Source: Paraphysomonas bandaiensis
Taxonomy: Eukaryota > Protista > Chrysophyceae
Assembly (NCBI GenBank): GCA_965644295.1
Contig: CBFFRP010000152.1
Coordinates: 124,001-188,000, forward strand
Length of the DNA stretch: 64,000 nucleotides
Direction: 5' to 3'
Part shown: positions 51,601 through 63,990 of the stretch, one piece after another
Position numbering within the stretch: position 1 is the stretch's first letter
Layout of the letters: every line of letters starts with the position of its first letter
Translations under genes and position numbers: made by a program
The notes under the pieces: model-generated
Database searches by the model: none
The model's input: only the letters and a program-made list of their open reading frames with translations
What the model was told of the DNA's origin: nothing

Positions 51601-54600
51601 CTATGGGACGAAAGAAAAGCTGCAAGATGTCATCGAGCCAATCATAGATGCTATTGATCGAAGAGGCATTAAAGTTGATGACGGCGTGGACGCAATTATG
51701 GAAGCAATGGCCGCAGCCGCGCGTGGAAAGCGCAAAGGAAAAAAAAACAAGAAGTTAACAGACTCATCGTCCAAATACACCCTGGAAGGTACTAGTTTTG
51801 AAGACCTCTCAAAGTATGAGGAGGGAAAGGAGTCAATGACAAACATGGATCAATCAGAGGTTTTAAAAGAAGAAGAAGAACAAGGAGAACCAAAGGTTAA
51901 TGAGAACTCTTGGCAAGCCCAGACACTGAATTTATTGGAATCTTTACCTGTGATGACTTTTGTCATTGTATTGGTCTTGGTTGCAATTGCAGTTGCAATC
52001 GTTGAAGCTCTGACAAGTACAAATGAATGGGAGTATTACGTATTCGACTTAATTGTCACATCTATCTTTTGTTTTGAAGTAACTCTGCGCTTCTATTGCT
52101 TCGTATATGTGAACAACTCTGCTCTCCAATTTTTTGCGAATGTGTTGAATGACATCGATGTGGTTGTCGTTATTATTGATTTGGTGATTATTGGTCAACC
52201 GAGTGCTGATAGCGGCGGGGCGCAATTTGTGAAAGCTTTGCGCGCAGCTCGACTGATTCGCCTAATTCGAGTGTTTCGTGCAGCGAGAATTGTACAAAAG
52301 CTGAAAGACATGACGGCAAAGACGTATGATGCCTGGAAAATGCCTGTCCGATATTTGAAAACGCCAAAGCATGAACTCGAAACTATGGTTGAAAGTGTGA
52401 ATATATTGTCGTACATCCAACAGATTATTGAGGATCGAAACTTATCTCTACTACTGCAAGGATTCCAGAGGTGGCAATGTGGAGATGATAAAAGAACCCC
52501 TGGTGAAATATTTGAAGATGTTATTGCTCAATCACAGGACTTAACTTTGGGTTGTGAGAAGTTTGATGCAGTCTTTATTGATATTTTAATGTTTGTTCAC
52601 ACCGACTTGGTACAAGTCGCTTTGGATGTACTTATGGCTCACCATTCAGCTAGAAATTTACTTTTTGTCAATGCCCAGAAGTTGCAACTACTAATATCAC
52701 CTCAGCGGGAGCGCCAGCTGAAGACAATTCGCAATATGCTCCAGGAACTCGAACGGAACGCTGAAACACATGAGCTTTGGGGAGAATTGCAGAGTGAAGA
52801 AGACCACAGAGTCAATCGGCAAACTTTTGAGCATATGAGTGAGTTAGTTCAAATGTGTCGCATTCAATGTACTGAATTAGAATTCGATGAAAAATTCTCC
52901 GCTGATAGAGATATTCAAAATTTGCTTCGTAATTTGGGATTCTTTGATGCTGCACTGAAGATACTGGGGCTTTTACCAGCTGTAAAAAATGTCAGCGAAG
53001 ACGAAGAAGATGAAGTTTCAAAGAATACAAGAAGTTTGATAAGAAATTGCAATGAACTTTTATATTGGTTCTTTAACGATAATACTGAAAACCAGGCCCT
53101 TGGATTCAATGAACTCAATTTCTTCTTGCATTCTCTGGACATGCGCATAAATAGCCACCATGTTATTCATGCAATCTTCAAAAACAATGAACACCTCATG
53201 CGTCAATGTCCTCGCGAATTGATTGAAGAGTACTCTGAGCGTGTGTGCAAATCGGGTAGACACCCCCAGTATCTGGCGATTCTATCATCTGTTACACATG
53301 TCAAAGATAAAAACATACTCGAGAACCAGTACGAGATTGTGAAACACCTTATGGCTCCAGGAAGAATGAAGAAGATGGTGAGATTCTGTGGTGGAAGAGA
53401 AAATCCAGAGTACGAAGAACGTGTCGAGTTGATGAAGCCGTTTTTAAACAAGAAAGATGTCAGCCTAGATGAGCTTCCCAACGAGCTGTCCTATCATTTG
53501 GAGTTTCTCCGTGTTCTGTCCGGGTGTACAGTTGGGCGCATCAATATCACCACCGTGGAAGCCAAAGTACAATCAGTGTATTCATATACTGGTATTCTTG
53601 AAGCTTTAATGGACCCGAGAACTATCGACCTCGCTAAAACCCGTCTGGCACTACTGTTTTTTAACGCAATGATCGAAGTCGAAATCAATATTGGTGGTTT
53701 GGGTGTTGATCCTATGGTGTGGGATTTTATCAAGAGTACAAAAGGTATATTTAAAAAGGCAATAACTGATCTGAAAGCGGTAGAGGAGCATGGCTGGGAA
53801 GGAAGCGCTGTAAACAGACAAAGTATTGAATATGTTATTGTTTGCGTCATGATTTTATCTGGTTTTTTTATGAAGTACTTTGATTTGTCGAACTTTGAGT
53901 CGTTTTCTCGAGATGATAAACCTACGTTGACTATGGACGAAGTACAGGATATTATGACGGGGGTGTTTACACAGCTATACGCCGTAAATGAAATGAAGTG
54001 CAAATGTCTTACCGCTAGTCAACACTTTTACATCGCCAACGCTCTCGATTCAATGCGCAGATATTCTCCAAAATTGACCTCCCTATACCCAGAGATAATT
54101 GTTGGAAAGAACGATGGGGAAGATGATGCGAATGACGATTCCGTAGCTTTAGCAACTGCTGCAGACTTGGAAGAGTCGATTGATGTGAAAATATCGCGTC
54201 AGTTTGAGTCGTTTGTTAGCCAATTGGTAGAGGACGAAAATACAAAACACGCCATCAAAACCGAAAACCACAAGTTTGTGGAGTACATTGATTCTTTACC
54301 ATTCGTAGCCGACAGTTGTGTATCTGATGTCAGATACGAAGCTCTGATAAAAAAGCTCGTTGTGCATGTCCGTGATCGCCTCGAAACAGTTGGTACTGAG
54401 AAGCGATTAGACGCTCGTTGTACACAAACTACTACGTGGATAATTCGATCGTTCCGCACAATGATAGAAAAGCGTTGGGGAATGAGTATATATGAACGGG
54501 ATGAAGATGGAGGCGAGGAAGAAGATATCGCTGCCGCTCCTGTTGTTAATGCTCTGAATAGTTGCGGTGCAACTACACTCTGCTTAGATCTGATAAGTGT

Positions 54601-57520
54601 CGGTATCGACTCCGGCCTCATGCTGGAATCAATGAAGCTATGCGTCGCCATGCTCTTTTTAGAAGGAGGAAACTTGCCAGTACAGAAAACTATGTATGCA
54701 TACCTCAAAAACACGAAGTCTGACTTGTTTTTTCAACAACTCCGCAATTCCATTCAGAAATTGATTAATTGGCACAAATGGCACGATGTGATTGTTCTTG
54801 AAGAAGATCAAGAAGTGGAGCTTCCAGAAGATATCATAGTGGTACGTTTTTTGCAGTTAATGTGTGAGGGACACTACCAGCCCAACCAGGATATCATGCG
54901 GGAACAACCCTCGAATACGATTTCCATCAATCTTCTAGATGATTTTGTCCAGTATTTGAATTGTGTGAGTAGGATTCCTTGCCGAACGAGTACTGATGCC
55001 GCGAGCCGTGTTTCAGCAACGATCTTGGAGGTGATACAAGGTCCCTGTGAGCAGAACCAAGAGCACTTCGCTTTACATACGGAATTAATTGAAACTCTAA
55101 ATCGCATATTACGAGCCAAAACTATTCGTGACTGTGATGAAGATGCGGAGGTAGACTTGAAGAAAACAGCAATCGACATTCTACAGGGCTTACTGGAAGG
55201 GCAGGGTGGGAAAACAACTGTATATGACCGCGTACTCAGTGTCGTACATCTGGACGCGATTCAAATGATGTGCCAACCGGAGAGTAAGAAACTTCTGGAT
55301 GGCGACGAAGAACAGGAGAAAGAAGAGAGTGAAGAGGTAGTTGTTCTGCGGGTCGAGTGCCTAGTGCTGCTTCAGATGCTGTGCGACTACAGACCAGCTT
55401 TGCGCGAAGAGCTGGAGTTATCTTCTGATAAGATTGCAGTGAAAGGGGTTGGTGTGGCGAGCGTGGAGATTTTGTGGTCAGGAGAACTACAGCGAAGGTT
55501 CTTTCACGTTCCGAAGATATGTGACGATCTAGCAAAGGCCTCAAAAGATGCACTTGTAGAATATGTGGACAGGAGTAACCAAGAAAATAAGTTATTGGAT
55601 TTTTTGCTTCGATCCCGTGAGCTCTATCGCGAGATCAAGCACCAGCAAGTGTTAAAGGAGTACAAAGTGAGTGGTATATTTAGTCGTTCGAATCAAGATA
55701 GGGCAACGTGGTTGTCTCTATTTTTAGCCGTTGTGATCAATGCTGTGCTTATATACGACTACCGACTTGAAGATGGTGAACCCTATCTGTCTCCCAATAT
55801 TGCGACTACAGTGGATGCGCTTAACATATTCCAGATTGCATTTTCGAGCTTCACTCTTGTTCTATTTTTAGTCGTTCGTGTGCCGGTGAAGTACCAATCG
55901 AATCTAGCTGCCGGAATGGATCAGTTTCGAACTGTACTGTTCACGTGCACAGATCCCATGACGATGTATTATTTTTTTTATTTACTGATGTCAATATTCG
56001 GTTACAATATCAGCTATTTCTTCTTGACAATTTTGCTCCTTGATATTCTAGTTAAGAACTCCACAGCAAGAGACATTCTGATGGCGGTGGTTTTCCCTCG
56101 TAAGCAGTTGGCAATGACATTTGTACTGACTCTATTTGTCGTGTACATATTTGCTTTTATCATCGTAAGTAGTGATTGTCAATTTGTCTTTATTTTATCT
56201 TACTTGTTGTATTAGTTTTTCAACTTTCGCGATGAATTTTCTCCCGACCGTCGGCACGATGACTGCAAGAATTTATTCAGTTGCTATAAAATCACTCTCG
56301 GAAATGCACTGCGATCACCTGGCGGTATTGGCGACTTCATGCAACATGACCTGGAGTATCGTTATATTGTAGACACACTGTACTTTGTCATCGTTCTAAT
56401 TGTATTGCTCAATGTGATGTTTGGTATTGTTATCGACACATTTGGTAATCTGCGAACAACCAAGGCAGAGAGACAAGCGGACACTACTGGTGTGTGTTTT
56501 ATTTGTGGTATTGATAAACAAATTTTTGATCGTGCAGCTGATGGGGTAAAGGGGTTCCATGACCATATAAAGTCTGATCACAACATGTGGAACTACTTGT
56601 ATTTCATTATTTACATATGGGAGCAGGACAAAGATGATGATGATGGTTTAGAGCAGTTTGTGCGTCGCAGTATTGAAGTCAACGATATTAACTGGTTTCC
56701 AATGAATCGTGCGATGCGGCTCAGTGTCACGGAGAGTTCTGAGGATGAGCTACTGAAGGAACTGAAGGAGGATGTCGTTGCAGCTGACAACAAGATGACC
56801 CAGAAGCTCGCCGCTTTTCAGGCCGAAATAGCAACTACTCTGGATGAGATTGCTAAGAGTGTTATAACTCCTGTGGGAGGTGACGAGAGTTTGTCAGGAG
56901 TACCTTCTCCTGACCGTCTCAATTCAGTCATGGCTCGCACCCAGGACTTTATTGACGAGATGGTAGTTGAGGCTCGCTTGAGTGGAATTCTTCCCGAGGG
57001 AGACCAACTTGGGCTGTCGATGGATATTAGGCGTGGTGCATCGAATGCCCTGAAGGATATGGATGACTTTTCCGAATCCACACAACATAAAAATCCCAGG
57101 TACTGGAAGAAGCTCAAACTTAAAGTGATTGATATACAGGGGTTGTCATTACCTGAAAAGGATATGGAAGGGGTGTCTTGTCGTGTGATTTGCGACAGTG
57201 GAATGTTTTCGGTGTCGTCAGCACAGGTCATTGGGGACAAAGTTTTATTTGAACCGGAAGAAGTGTCGATATGTGAACGCGCTGGACTGGATGACAACCG
57301 ATCCCTACGTATCCAGATTTTGCAAGGGTCCGGTCGAATTGCAAAATTCATTAGTATTGTGGATATATCGTATGAAGACTTGATTGCCTCTACTGATCTC
57401 GTGTACGAAAAGGTGTTTACCCAACCCGACAACCCCAAGCCCTGCGTGCTCTCTATCTATCCCATGGCAACGGATGTCGCATCAGATAGCACTGCTGGTC
57501 TTGACCATGGTTCTCTATAA
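48676..57520 (+). CDS. Inositol-trisphosphate-receptor-like Ca2+ release channel (about 2881 aa) with an inserted voltage-sensor domain and a C-terminal C2-like domain
   Basis: Exons 48676-48679, 48729-48991, 49041-49127, 49178-56164 and 56216-57520 join in frame. IP3R/RyR hallmarks: LRIGDYITL, IQFGDVIQLLHVKSGKFM, IRFRNLNTGKYL (MIR), RQAMALEQ (RIH), VRFLQLMCEGHYQPNQDIMREQ and EVIQGPCEQNQ (RIH-associated), six C-terminal TM helices, pore LRSPGGIGD, LLNVMFGIVIDTFGNLR, and CFICG...HIKSDHNMWNYLYF. Confidence 0.93.
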
Positions 57521-57899
57521 GTTGGATGAAATATGTGATGTTAGTGTGTGTTATTGTAGTTGCATATTGTAGTGTTCCGGGATTAAACGTTCAGTAAACG
57601 ATAAGTAAGTATCTTGACAAGTAATATTATAGAATATGTTACCTCTCGCAATATATATATTAAGTATTTCAAATGACTACAGCCAACACGTAGTGTACAT
57701 ATGGATACCACCCAGTTTCATAACAACGAAATCACTGGAGATGTAAACTAATCAAGAGCTGGCACTCCTTTATTTCATGAAAACAGATATTTTAACAGTA
57801 GGTCTATAGAATATTCAGAATGGTATATAGTATATAGGAAAACGACAACACGGTGAAGCTCGGTGTCATTTTTTAACCTACATCGGTGGGTCGAATTTA

Positions 57900-58190
57900 G
57901 TACCTATAGGTCGCTCGACCTACCTATAGGTCCATCGCAGGTACCTAATAGGTACCTACCTAATAGGTACCCACCTATAGGCATGCCTAAGGACCCTACC
58001 TATAGGTAGGTACCTAGCTGTCACTACCTATAGGTATACCTAGCTACCCTGCCTATAGGTGATAAGAGTTAGGCACCTACCTATAGGTACCTCAAGTCCC
58101 ACCTATAGGTATCGAAGGATTAGGTACTATCTATAGGTAGTGCTACTCGTTGCCTATAGGTATAAGACGAAAGACCTGTAGGTACCTGAG
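57900..58190. repeat. Left subterminal array of palindromic CCTATAGG motifs
   Basis: Nine exact CCTATAGG copies plus variants (CCTAATAGG x2, TCTATAGG, CCTGTAGG) interspersed with GGTACC, irregularly spaced. Confidence 0.93.
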
Positions 58191-58351
58191 TTTTGAACCA
58201 TCAGATGTTGTTTTAAGTTTCACAATGTACATAGGCAAGCAACACAGCGGTGAATAGTATAATATATCTTTTTTTGTTATATATTATTATTACTAAACAA
58301 GTATGGCTGTGCATTCTATGATCATAATCAATAATAAGCGCGCAACATTAA

Positions 58352-61300
58352 TTATGTGTCATTGTCAGAAGAGTCACCGGTGCTGTAAACAGTACTGGGA
58401 TTGCTATCACATTCTGATGAGTGGTCACTACTGCAACTCTCATTGTTTGCGTTATGACTGTCGTGGCCATGCACATTACGTTCAAGAACAATTGCACCGG
58501 AGCTATTTTGTCTGATATATTGTTGCATTCCCTCTATATGATGACAGTTAATAAAATCCAAATCATCCCACCCACAACGATCAAAAAACTTCCTCGGAAT
58601 AAACCAAAAACGATCTGAAATTTGAGGCTTACCCACGACGACATCGCAAGAAGAATCTGGTATTATAAAAGCTGTGTCAATAATACTTTCAAAATTAATA
58701 ATATCCTGAAAAAACTGAGGTTGTCGTCGCCTGTTGTAGCGCAGTACCTCCCACTTATATTTTGAAAACGGGTCAAGAATAGTGGTCGTACATTTTTCCA
58801 TGTATTGAACAATATAGAGATATTTAGTGTTGTTGGCCGCTGACAACTGAAGCATCGATACTATTTGAGCAACTTGTATGTCTCCACTTTCCATTTGGAT
58901 GCATATGAAATCAAAGCGTGGTTTTCGACTCTCTGCCCCTTTCATGGCATGATGAGATCCTTTACCAATGCCACTCTCTTTGTTGGCATTGTAGGTGAGG
59001 GCCTGTATTAACTTCAACGAGATGTCACCACGTTGTAAACAGTTCCAGTTCTTATCACCAAGAGCTTGTTTACAAAAATCAGTAAGGGAGTTACTAGATA
59101 ATTCCTTGTGTCCAATAAATTCTTCCAATTCTATTCCTTCTTCTTCACAAATAAACAAGGAGTGGTTAGCATCAACACATAACCGCACATGTTTGACATT
59201 TCTCATGGGGTAAACTAGAACGACCTCCGGTGGAATTTCTGGCTTCAGAGAGTTTATGTATTCAGTGTCGTGTGTGTGGCACGCGGCTATAAACTCAAGT
59301 ACTCGACAATGATCTTGGCATATTGCTAATGTTAGCATCTCCACATTAGAAGAAGTATACCTCCTGCTTGTGCGTCGCCAGTTTTCGGTTGTAAAATAGC
59401 GATTGCTTGATTCCCAAGTACCCGCATCAGACTTTGATAATGCCCCAAACATGGAAATATTAAGTGAAAGATGCATTACAGAATGGAGTTTGCGCATTAA
59501 TGGACTTGATGGCTGGTTACCAAGAAGTGTTTGTTTCAAATCCCATACCAGTAAAACCTTAGCAACCATATCGTGGCACATACGGTCCACATTCAGGATG
59601 TCACCATCAGTAAAACAGCTTTTCTTGCACTCAAAATAGACGTTCAGCACGGCTTTAATTGCTTGTAACACTTTCTTTGTTACATTGCCTAAACGCAGGT
59701 GCCGTGAATTTTTGCTGCAATAACTGTAGTTGGTATCTGTCGGTAGCACTTGACCATCCGTGCCAATCTAATGTAAAAAGGTGATGTCAAGCACATAATA
59801 TAGAGAATACAATTTAGAAAAACATACCGCAAACAGAAGTTGCAATAGTGCCGTGATGAATTCACTTGATCTATATCCACCTCCGGAACCAGTCGAGTGG
59901 CCCTTTTCCTTTTTACTTTTATTGCTCATAATGTGCATCAAGCCTTTCTTGAAGACTGTCCAATTCACGTGTGGCATATCAGGAACCTGAGGCATCAACT
60001 TAAGTCTGGCATCCAACACGCCCTTAATATTTCGAAATGTTCGGTCTACTGTTGTGCTAATACTGTCAACAACGCTAAGAATCCATAAAACAAGACTTTT
60101 TGCAATACCAGCACAAAACAGGTGAAATAAGTCTTGAGGATTATTGAAGCAATGGTTGTTGTAGCCCATAAACGCATGATGGAAGGCGTTTACAAACGGC
60201 ATGATGCATCTATTATCAAGTAACTTACGAACATACTTCTCTTCTTTGTCTGATAGCTGACCACTATTCACATTTCGGCACTGTTCAGCAATGGCATTGC
60301 CATCTCTCCTCGGATGAAGGTCTGGGTTATAAAAAACACCGGCCCTCAGAGGATACTCACATGTAACACATGCAAAGCGGGAATTTCCTTCGTATAAGCC
60401 AAACTGTCGATGGATGGCCGGGTCATCTCCAATGCTAAAAGGATGAAAGGTATAAACGGTAATTAAACCCTTTCCTAACACATACATCTCTGCACCTCTA
60501 GAAGAAGCAGCTTTGAGAGGAGCCGTAACCATACTCCAGAATTCTTTTTCCAAGTGCAAGTTAAACCACCTGACTTCCTTCCCTGCTGCGGTTCGGCTCA
60601 TTCCACGTTCCATCAAATGAGAAATCAGAGCTTCGACACTTATCGTGCTTGTGATGTCAGGAATAAAACCTAAGCAAAACTTTGCAATATTTTTCCGAAT
60701 TAACTCATCGCTGAAATTGCCGCATGTCCCCAGGACTGGCACAGACTTGATGTTGGCACCATGCCCCATAGCAACCCCGTCATGATACAGTAGACATGGC
60801 ATTAATTTGCCTTCAGGATTTTTTTCTTGGCGTATAACTCGCTCCGTGTTCTTCGCCCAGGATGATGACATGAGATCACCAACATAGTTCTCACCAGTAT
60901 TAATATCTGTCATGGAAAATGTATCATAATGAACGTGCTCTTTCCACGAGAACTGAATTGTCGGGTCGACGGCCAGATAACTTAGCATTTCCAATGGGTC
61001 TCGTGCTCGAACAATGATTTCGTCAGGTTTCTGTCCAGAAATTTTCCAAGATTCCATTTCCCACGAAGATGGCCAACCTATAGACTTTTCAACATATCTG
61101 TAATGTTGTGTTCTCTTTTTGAAATTCGACACAACTGTCTTCCATGATTTTGGAAGTTCTTCACAAGGTTTGAATAAGCGAATCAATTCCAGAAGTGCAT
61201 CTCCTGTAGATCGGCTTAACTTGCACTTTCTTCCAAATGCATACAACTTGAGAAGCAAAATATCTGACATGTTATGATTACTCGAAGTGCTGACAGCTTC

Positions 61301-61729
61301 AATAAAGCTTTCAAGATTCATAGCTCCCAATGCATCCACGCCATAAGACTTGTCGTAAAACACTTCCTGGAGCTTCTTATACGTGGAGAGTGGTTTGTCT
61401 TCCGCGTCATAATCTGGATGACAGATTGGAAACTCTGTATTTCCAGTTGGGCTTGCTTCCTCCAGTCTCTGATGTTGCCACATGTACATAGGAATTGATG
61501 AGTCCTCACAGTCACTGTACTCATCAATTCCACTGTCATCTTGATTGTAATCATCATGAATAGTGTAAGCCTGAGGTCCATATGCAGCTTTTCGTTTCTT
61601 AGAATACTGCTCTGATGTACAAATCTCTGATTCTGAAGACAGTGGCGAGCAGTATCTTCCATGGTTCCCCAGACTCTGACTTGAACTGAATATTCCCTGA
61701 CATATTGCGCATTTCCACAAGCTGTCCAT
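58352..61729 (-). CDS. Plavaka-family transposase (about 1105 aa), two exons, apparently intact
   Basis: Intron 59768-59827 (60 bp, phase 0) joins the 653-aa and 465-aa ORFs (LLFA/IGTDGQVLP). N-terminal zinc finger CAICQGIFSSSQSLGNHGRYC; then LYHDG, PVLGTCGN, GFIP, IGDDP, CVTC, PQDLFHLFCAG, DARL and KLHSVMHL...MFG...DAGTWESSN..FTTENWRRTS, as in Plavaka transposases. A BAH-like C-terminal region follows (RFDFICI...VAQIVSML...YIVQYM). Confidence 0.85.
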
Positions 61730-62009
61730 AATATACTGCTACGATCGTAATACGTATCTACTGCTATCTGTTATACGGTACAGCAGTATACTACAGTGTT
61801 GTATATAAAAACGAGTGCACGATTATAGCACACACTTCCTGGACTTCTCTCGAAGTTGACTTCGAAGAAGTGCATCACATAACTACATATATGAAAGAAA
61901 GAAGCAAAGAGGCGAAGTGTGAGTATGTGAATATATTCAGAGAGTATGCGAATATTTGAATTTCAAACATGTGAATTCATGGTGACTTAATGCCACAATT
62001 TACTCTGAG

Positions 62010-63562
62010 ATGCCCCTGCGAAAACGAACTGCATCTGCTGTGTCTGCGAGGGCACAGAAAAGGCCTTGTCAACAGCAATCCATCGTGGACGACAACTTCG
62101 CCGCCGAACAGTCAGATGCTTCACCTCGAGAAGCCAGGATGCCTCCATGTAACTCTTCGTCCAACTCGACAGTGTACACGACTTTCAGGCATAAGAAAGT
62201 CCAGTCCAGGATTTTGGCGACGGTTCTCACAACGAATGAGCTGTGCATTGGACGCCAGAGCGCCGAAAAACTCTCCACTCTTCCAGGATTCCGTGCTTAT
62301 CACAAAGAGATGATGTATGAACGTCTCTTTGTTAAACTGGACACAGGAGATGTGGTTTCAGTGGAAGAGCACTTCGACCTATTGATTCAGCTGATTTTGG
62401 TGGTGATTTCAAAGGAGGGGGTTGCAACTCAAGCTCCTCATAACAAGGTTATTCATGTTGTTTTCTCTGCCACATATCTTGAATCATATAGCATCACATA
62501 TCATCATATATTGTATACCCTCACATCATCAAATACCATCCTCCTTTTATCATGTATTAACATATCGTACACCGTTATATTATACATTTCATATCTATCA
62601 TTGTATTAGATACCTCTTGTGTTTTTTGAACAACCATATCAAATATTATGATATCGTATGATATACATCGTATAACATATATTTTATACCATTCATTATT
62701 GTATCATTACGTTATATATATATCATATCATACAGTACAGCATAATATATATATCGTGCCGCATCGCATTTTACAGTGCCCAGTCATCTGCTACTATTAT
62801 ATTATTATTGTGAATAACACACTAGTAGGCATTATCTCTCGCTTATAAAGAAGGTGCTTTGCAAGCTGATGAAAAATTGTTAGCAAGTGAGGTGGTGTCT
62901 GCATTTTCGGCGTGCAAGTATATACTGCTCATATTATTTACTTTTTTCTAATATCATTGCAGGTATGTCAAGAAGTATATTCGCAAATTGTCGTGTAATT
63001 TGAAGACCAAGATTAGATGTTGTCACGCCAAGCTGTTCTCCACACAGCCTTTGTGGGCGACTGCATCATTTAGACGGGAATTAGCCGAAGTATTGGAAAA
63101 TGGTAAGTATTTATTATATTGTGCCAATTGATGTAATTCTGTTGAAAAGGTATTAGTCCACGAAAGTATCAAGTGGACAACAAGGGGTCATATATGCAGA
63201 CTGCCATCGAGGCAGTATGCATCATGATTGGAGCTTACGACTTCGACGAAAACGAAGGTCCTGGGGCCTTTATGGGCCAGACTAGCATCATGGTTGAGTC
63301 AACGGCTCAACAGATGCTTTTAGGTCCTCCACGAGAAGCATGGACATCTGAAATTTGCTCCAGAGCGACCGACGGTATGAATCCTATTCGGGATTCCCGG
63401 CGTGAGCTTGTGATAAGTGACAGTGATTTGAATTTTTTCAAGAATGAAAGGTTAGTATGGTTCAAACGTTGGGGTATGGTTCAAACGTTGGGGAAGTCGA
63501 AGAAGGACGACGACAGTCTGAACAATGACGATACTTCCCTGTTAACTTCAGATTGGCGGTGA
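62010..63562 (+). CDS. Four-exon accessory gene of unknown function inside the transposon
   Basis: Spliceable in frame: 62010-~62447 (...QAPHNK) / ~62829-62916 (ALSLAYKEGALQADEKLLASEVVSAFSAC) / ~62963-63102 (YVKKYIRKLSCNLK...EVLEN) / ~63150-63562 (GISPRKYQVDNKGSYMQ...DWR*). Each exon is bounded by GT/AG. Confidence 0.6.
62480..62810. repeat. Low-complexity CAT/ATA-rich degenerate repeat, intronic in the accessory gene
   Basis: Runs such as catatcatcatat, atatcatatcatac and atatcgtatgatatacatcg. Confidence 0.7.
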
Positions 63563-63821
63563 AGGCTTCTGAAGTGCACAATGCTTCTACTTCTTAGCAG
63601 GTGATTGGGAGCTAGCTTACGATGTGGTTCAAATTTGTCGTGGTATGTATTTTGTAGGTTCTAAGTAGTAATTGCCGTTAATTTTTACTTCGAACTATGT
63701 TAATGCCGTCTATATTAATTGAATACATAGTTTGTCTACTCATTCATGATTACAGATCTGCATTGCTTGCTTTTTCTACTTTGCAATATATATATTATAC
63801 TGTGTTTATTATTGCTAATTA

Positions 63822-63990
63822 TAGTACCTATAGGTAGTATTGGTATTATATTTTTAGGTAGTACCTATAGGTAGTATTGATACATGTAGGCAGTACCTAT
63901 AGGTACATTTTAATATAAATAGGGATACCTATCAGTAGGAAATCTAGAGGTCATAGGTACCACCTATAGGGAGACGAATAGGTACGTGTA
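63822..63990. repeat. Right subterminal array of CCTATAGG palindromes (truncated by the window end)
   Basis: Four exact CCTATAGG copies, including tagtacctataggtagtattg twice; same motif as 57900-58190. Confidence 0.9.

Noticed and set aside
57900-58190. CRISPR-like array
   Set aside because: The repeat is only 8-10 bp with irregular spacing, there are no cas genes and the context is eukaryotic. It is better explained as transposon subterminal repeats.
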